From a virus (lineage: Duplodnaviria > Caudoviricetes), in IMG/VR virus record IMGVR_UViG_3300028400_000156, positions 1 through 59,685 of that record: 59,685 bases of DNA; one strand, written 5' to 3'. Under the pieces are notes generated by a model that had not been told where the DNA came from, did no database searches, and was given only the letters and a program-made list of their open reading frames with translations. Shown piece after piece: positions 56,988 to 59,685 of this stretch. The position numbers and the translations under genes are program-made. Position 1 is the first letter of the stretch; each line of letters begins with the position of its first letter.

Positions 56988-58871
56988 GTGACCATCCCCA
57001 GCTCAGGCAATCCGATAACTATTGCCATGCGCGCCGGACCCGGCGGGGTGCTTGAGCATGTTCCGCCTACCGGCGACACGACTGCGCCAGTAGTCACCCC
57101 ACCATCGGATACCGCAATCCAGTTTGCCAATGGCGGCGCGGGGCTGGCGCACAATGACCCGGCGCTGCAATCGTGGTTGTCCCAGGCGTCTGCTGTTGAT
57201 GAGACGGATGGCGCAGTTACGGTCAGCAACAATCTGACGGCCTACGCCGACCCATTGCCTGCTGGATCAGTAACAATCCAATTCAGCGCGACCGATGCTG
57301 CAGGGAACACCGGCACGGCGACGGCAAATCTGACGGTCTCCGAACAAGCCCCCGCAGGGGCGTGGCAGCTCGCTGGAGATGGCGTATCCGCAGACTCGCA
57401 TTGGGTGGCGGCTAAGATGCCGATGCACCCTGTTTACCCAAGGCCGGATTCAGAGACTCAGGCCCATGCTCGCCATCGCTGGGCGCATCCTGATTTCCGC
57501 TACGAGATCCCAATCGGTGTCCAGGGAGGAGCTTGGCCTTTCAAGTATGAAATCATCAATGGGCCATCGGGTGCCACCATTGGCCAGTATTACGGCGATC
57601 CTGATTATGGCGTGGTCAAATGGACACCTATCAACGGGGATAGCGGAACCAAAAGTTTCACGGTTCGTGTTACAGACCAAGAGCTGAATACCGTTGATCT
57701 GACTTGGACTACCACGATTGACGCCAATCAATTTGTCTTTGTGGATGCCGCCGCAGCATCTACGGGAAGCGGAACAATCACCAGCCCGCTCAAAACGTTT
57801 GCGGATTGGTACAAGGGCGATGTTGATGCCACAGACGCCACTTACCATAACAAGATCATCGTATTCCGCAGCGGAAATTACTCTGCCACCGGATCGGCTG
57901 CTAACTCAGGGAATGTTCGACTGGAGTCCGCGTATAAGACTATATCGTTTATAGGCTACCCCGATGCAATTGTTAACATTGATTGCTCAACGGCTGTATT
58001 TTTCACTGCGGATGGTGGAATGTCAGATCTGTTCGTAGGGAATCTCCGATTCAACAACGCTCGAGCAGATGTCGCCAATTCGCATTTTTGGTGGATAGGT
58101 AGCACTCCAGAGCGCGTCACCTTCTGGAATAATGTTTTCGACTCACTGGGCAATGGCACATCAGGAGGTGACAATCCTTGTGGCATTTTCATGTCCGATA
58201 CTAGCACAGACAAAAATAATTTCCTTATTAAAGGTAATACTTTCCAGAACTTTACGAATGACGGCCCGAACGGCTCGTTCGTAGATATGTACCGTGTTTA
58301 TTATGTACTGATTGAAGAAAATCTGATGCAAAATAGTACGCCCGAATACGGACTGTGGGCAAAAGTCACTAAGGCCTATGTAACAATCCGCGCCAACATG
58401 CTGGAGAATGTACGCGCCGGAATCAATCTATGGTATGGGGATGCCGCACCTGGTACTCCGCACGACCATGAGGTGTGTTGGAACAAGGTGACAATAGACC
58501 CGGTCTGGGGCACAAATACCAGGACTTTCTTAGTCATGGGAGACGCACCTAGTTCTATAAACTCTGGCCACTATAATACATTTATATATAGAAATACCTT
58601 TGTTGGTGGGGCCTCAACAACACAATCTGTAGGCGACGACCCATATTATACAGATGGGAATGTTATTATTAGTAACAACTTGAGGGTTTGGAGAACAAAT
58701 GAGCAGAAAACAGATATCCCAAATTTGACAGGCGGCATGAACTCTGGAATAACCGATAGCGTTGGCAACCTTTCAGGCAATAGTCGTAGAGAATTTTACG
58801 GTATAGTCGGCCATGAAATAAGTGACTCTTATACACTCAGACCTAAACCACCGGCCATAACCGTTAAATGA
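56988..58871 (+). CDS. HYR/Ig-like plus beta-helix depolymerase-like protein; right-junction hybrid
   Basis: DTTAPVVTPP...AVDETDG...FSATDAAGNTGTA (HYR-like), then the domain shared with 1474-2997; ends RPKPPAITVK. Confidence 0.7.
   Translation: MTIPSSGNPITIAMRAGPGGVLEHVPPTGDTTAPVVTPPSDTAIQFANGGAGLAHNDPALQSWLSQASAVDETDGAVTVSNNLTAYADPLPAGSVTIQFSATDAAGNTGTATANLTVSEQAPAGAWQLAGDGVSADSHWVAAKMPMHPVYPRPDSETQAHARHRWAHPDFRYEIPIGVQGGAWPFKYEIINGPSGATIGQYYGDPDYGVVKWTPINGDSGTKSFTVRVTDQELNTVDLTWTTTIDANQFVFVDAAAASTGSGTITSPLKTFADWYKGDVDATDATYHNKIIVFRSGNYSATGSAANSGNVRLESAYKTISFIGYPDAIVNIDCSTAVFFTADGGMSDLFVGNLRFNNARADVANSHFWWIGSTPERVTFWNNVFDSLGNGTSGGDNPCGIFMSDTSTDKNNFLIKGNTFQNFTNDGPNGSFVDMYRVYYVLIEENLMQNSTPEYGLWAKVTKAYVTIRANMLENVRAGINLWYGDAAPGTPHDHEVCWNKVTIDPVWGTNTRTFLVMGDAPSSINSGHYNTFIYRNTFVGGASTTQSVGDDPYYTDGNVIISNNLRVWRTNEQKTDIPNLTGGMNSGITDSVGNLSGNSRREFYGIVGHEISDSYTLRPKPPAITVK
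57410..58820 (+). repeat. Long imperfect direct repeat, right copy; identical core 58101-58594
   Basis: Matches 1578-2990. Confidence 0.95.
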
Positions 58872-58903
58872 CAATACACTACACCTTGAGGTTGCTATGT
58901 AAG

Positions 58904-59321
58904 GCGCTGGCCATCGAGATTGATACCTCGCTGCCCAGTGCCCGACTGGTTCGGGTATTTGAGCAACTGAAGGCAGAGCGCGGCTTGCCGGATGTGCTGC
59001 GCACCGACAACAGCCCGGAGTTTCTTGGTGAATGCTTTACCCGCTGGTGCCATGAAAACGGGGTGATGATCGACTACATCGAACCAGGCAAACCGAATCA
59101 GAATGCTTACATAGAGCGGTTCAACCGCAGCTACCGGACCGAGGTGCTCGATACCTGGCTATTCAGGGATCTTGATGAAGTCAGGGAGATCACCTGGGCC
59201 TGGATGCTCGAATACAACGAGGAACGAGATCACGACAGCCTCGACGGGATGACACCCATTGAGGCCCTTGAAAACGCCAAAGTCTCTACTTTTGAACTGT
59301 CCACTTGACGGGGAAGCTTAC
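58904..59321 (+). mobile_element. 5'-truncated IS3-family remnant (OrfB integrase core plus right end)
   Basis: LAIEIDTSLP, RTDNSPEF, PGKPNQNAYIERFN, YNEERDHDSL; ends with an IS3-like terminus (...ACTTGACGGGGAAGCTTAC); no orfA. Confidence 0.85.
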
Positions 59322-59323
59322 GT

Positions 59324-59685
59324 CTACAGCAGAAGCTGTACCTGCGGAGGCAGACCTTTCTTTTCGGTATCCACCCGACTCAGGCAGTTCAATACCCGCT
59401 CCGGTGCGATGCCCGAGGCCACCAGTTGCTTCTTGACCCAGGCGGCTCGTTGTTCGGCTAGGTCGAACAAGGATTGCTTGAGTTTTTCGTCGTCGGCAGG
59501 CGGGGTTTTCTTCTCTTTTGCGGCCTGCTCCTTCCGCCGTTGCAGCAGGGCCTCCCGGTCGCTGGTCGAGGCCAGTCCACAGGCCTTGATCTTCAGACCG
59601 GGTCGCTTCTTCATCAGCTCGATGACCTTGTTCAACAGCGCCTGCTGGCCTTCGGCCAGCTCCAGGCTGCCGGGCTGGAAGGTCA
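59324..59685 (-). CDS. C-terminus of a DUF748-like protein with OmpA-like domain (partial; host gene)
   Basis: FQPGS...MKKRPGLKIKACG...LAEQRAAWVKKQLVASGIAPERVLNC. Confidence 0.6.
   Translation of the reverse strand, partial: TFQPGSLELAEGQQALLNKVIELMKKRPGLKIKACGLASTSDREALLQRRKEQAAKEKKTPPADDEKLKQSLFDLAEQRAAWVKKQLVASGIAPERVLNCLSRVDTEKKGLPPQVQLLL

Larger units (their letters stand above)
2269..58594. mobile_element. Integrated podovirus-like phage genome (55,832-bp unit) with no recognisable integrase
   Basis: Terminase, portal, capsid, tail, lysis, ejection and PolA/helicase/primase genes between host genes; virion gene order continues from 58594 into 2763 when circularised. Confidence 0.88.

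Noticed and set aside
2269-58594. Repeats as phage direct terminal repeats
   Set aside because: They are diverged outside the core, lie within a structural gene and have host-type outer ends; a better terminus candidate is near 34.1 kb
1578-58820. Duplicated gene as a diversity-generating retroelement TR/VR pair
   Set aside because: No reverse transcriptase seen; mismatches involve all four bases and are mostly synonymous rather than adenine-specific; both copies are full ORFs
58868-59308. Integrase-core ORF as the phage integrase
   Set aside because: It is a 5'-truncated IS3 OrfB fragment, apparently lacking the first catalytic Asp region and orfA, and it lies outside the repeat-bounded phage unit

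Overview
A complete-looking podovirus-type phage genome (unit length 55,832 bp) sits in a gammaproteobacterial-type chromosome. The left flank has the 3' end of leuA and a family-4 uracil-DNA glycosylase; the right flank has a truncated IS3 remnant and a DUF748-like gene. I found no integrase, att/tRNA site or CI-type repressor. Instead the phage is bounded by two diverged copies of one beta-helix (depolymerase-like) gene that share a 494-bp identical core (2269-2762 and 58101-58594). The left copy has a Tat-type signal peptide and the phage C-terminus; the right copy has a phage Ig/HYR N-terminus and a different C-terminus. This is the pattern expected from one homologous crossover between a host gene and its phage homologue, though an assembly join through the shared repeat is not excluded. 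The early region holds a tandem array of 11-12 diverged paralogues sharing C-x5-C-x(3-20)-C-x2-C-P, directly upstream of a MoxR AAA+ / vWA-metallopeptidase module. One array member is out of frame by exactly one unit of an 8-bp tandem repeat. Also present: an origin-like inverted repeat with IHF boxes, a six-copy TAAC-N8-GTTA operator family, RNase III-like hairpins, a PolA/SNF2/DUF927 replication module, and packaging, head, tail, lysis and ejection genes. All calls are from motif recognition by eye; no searches were run.
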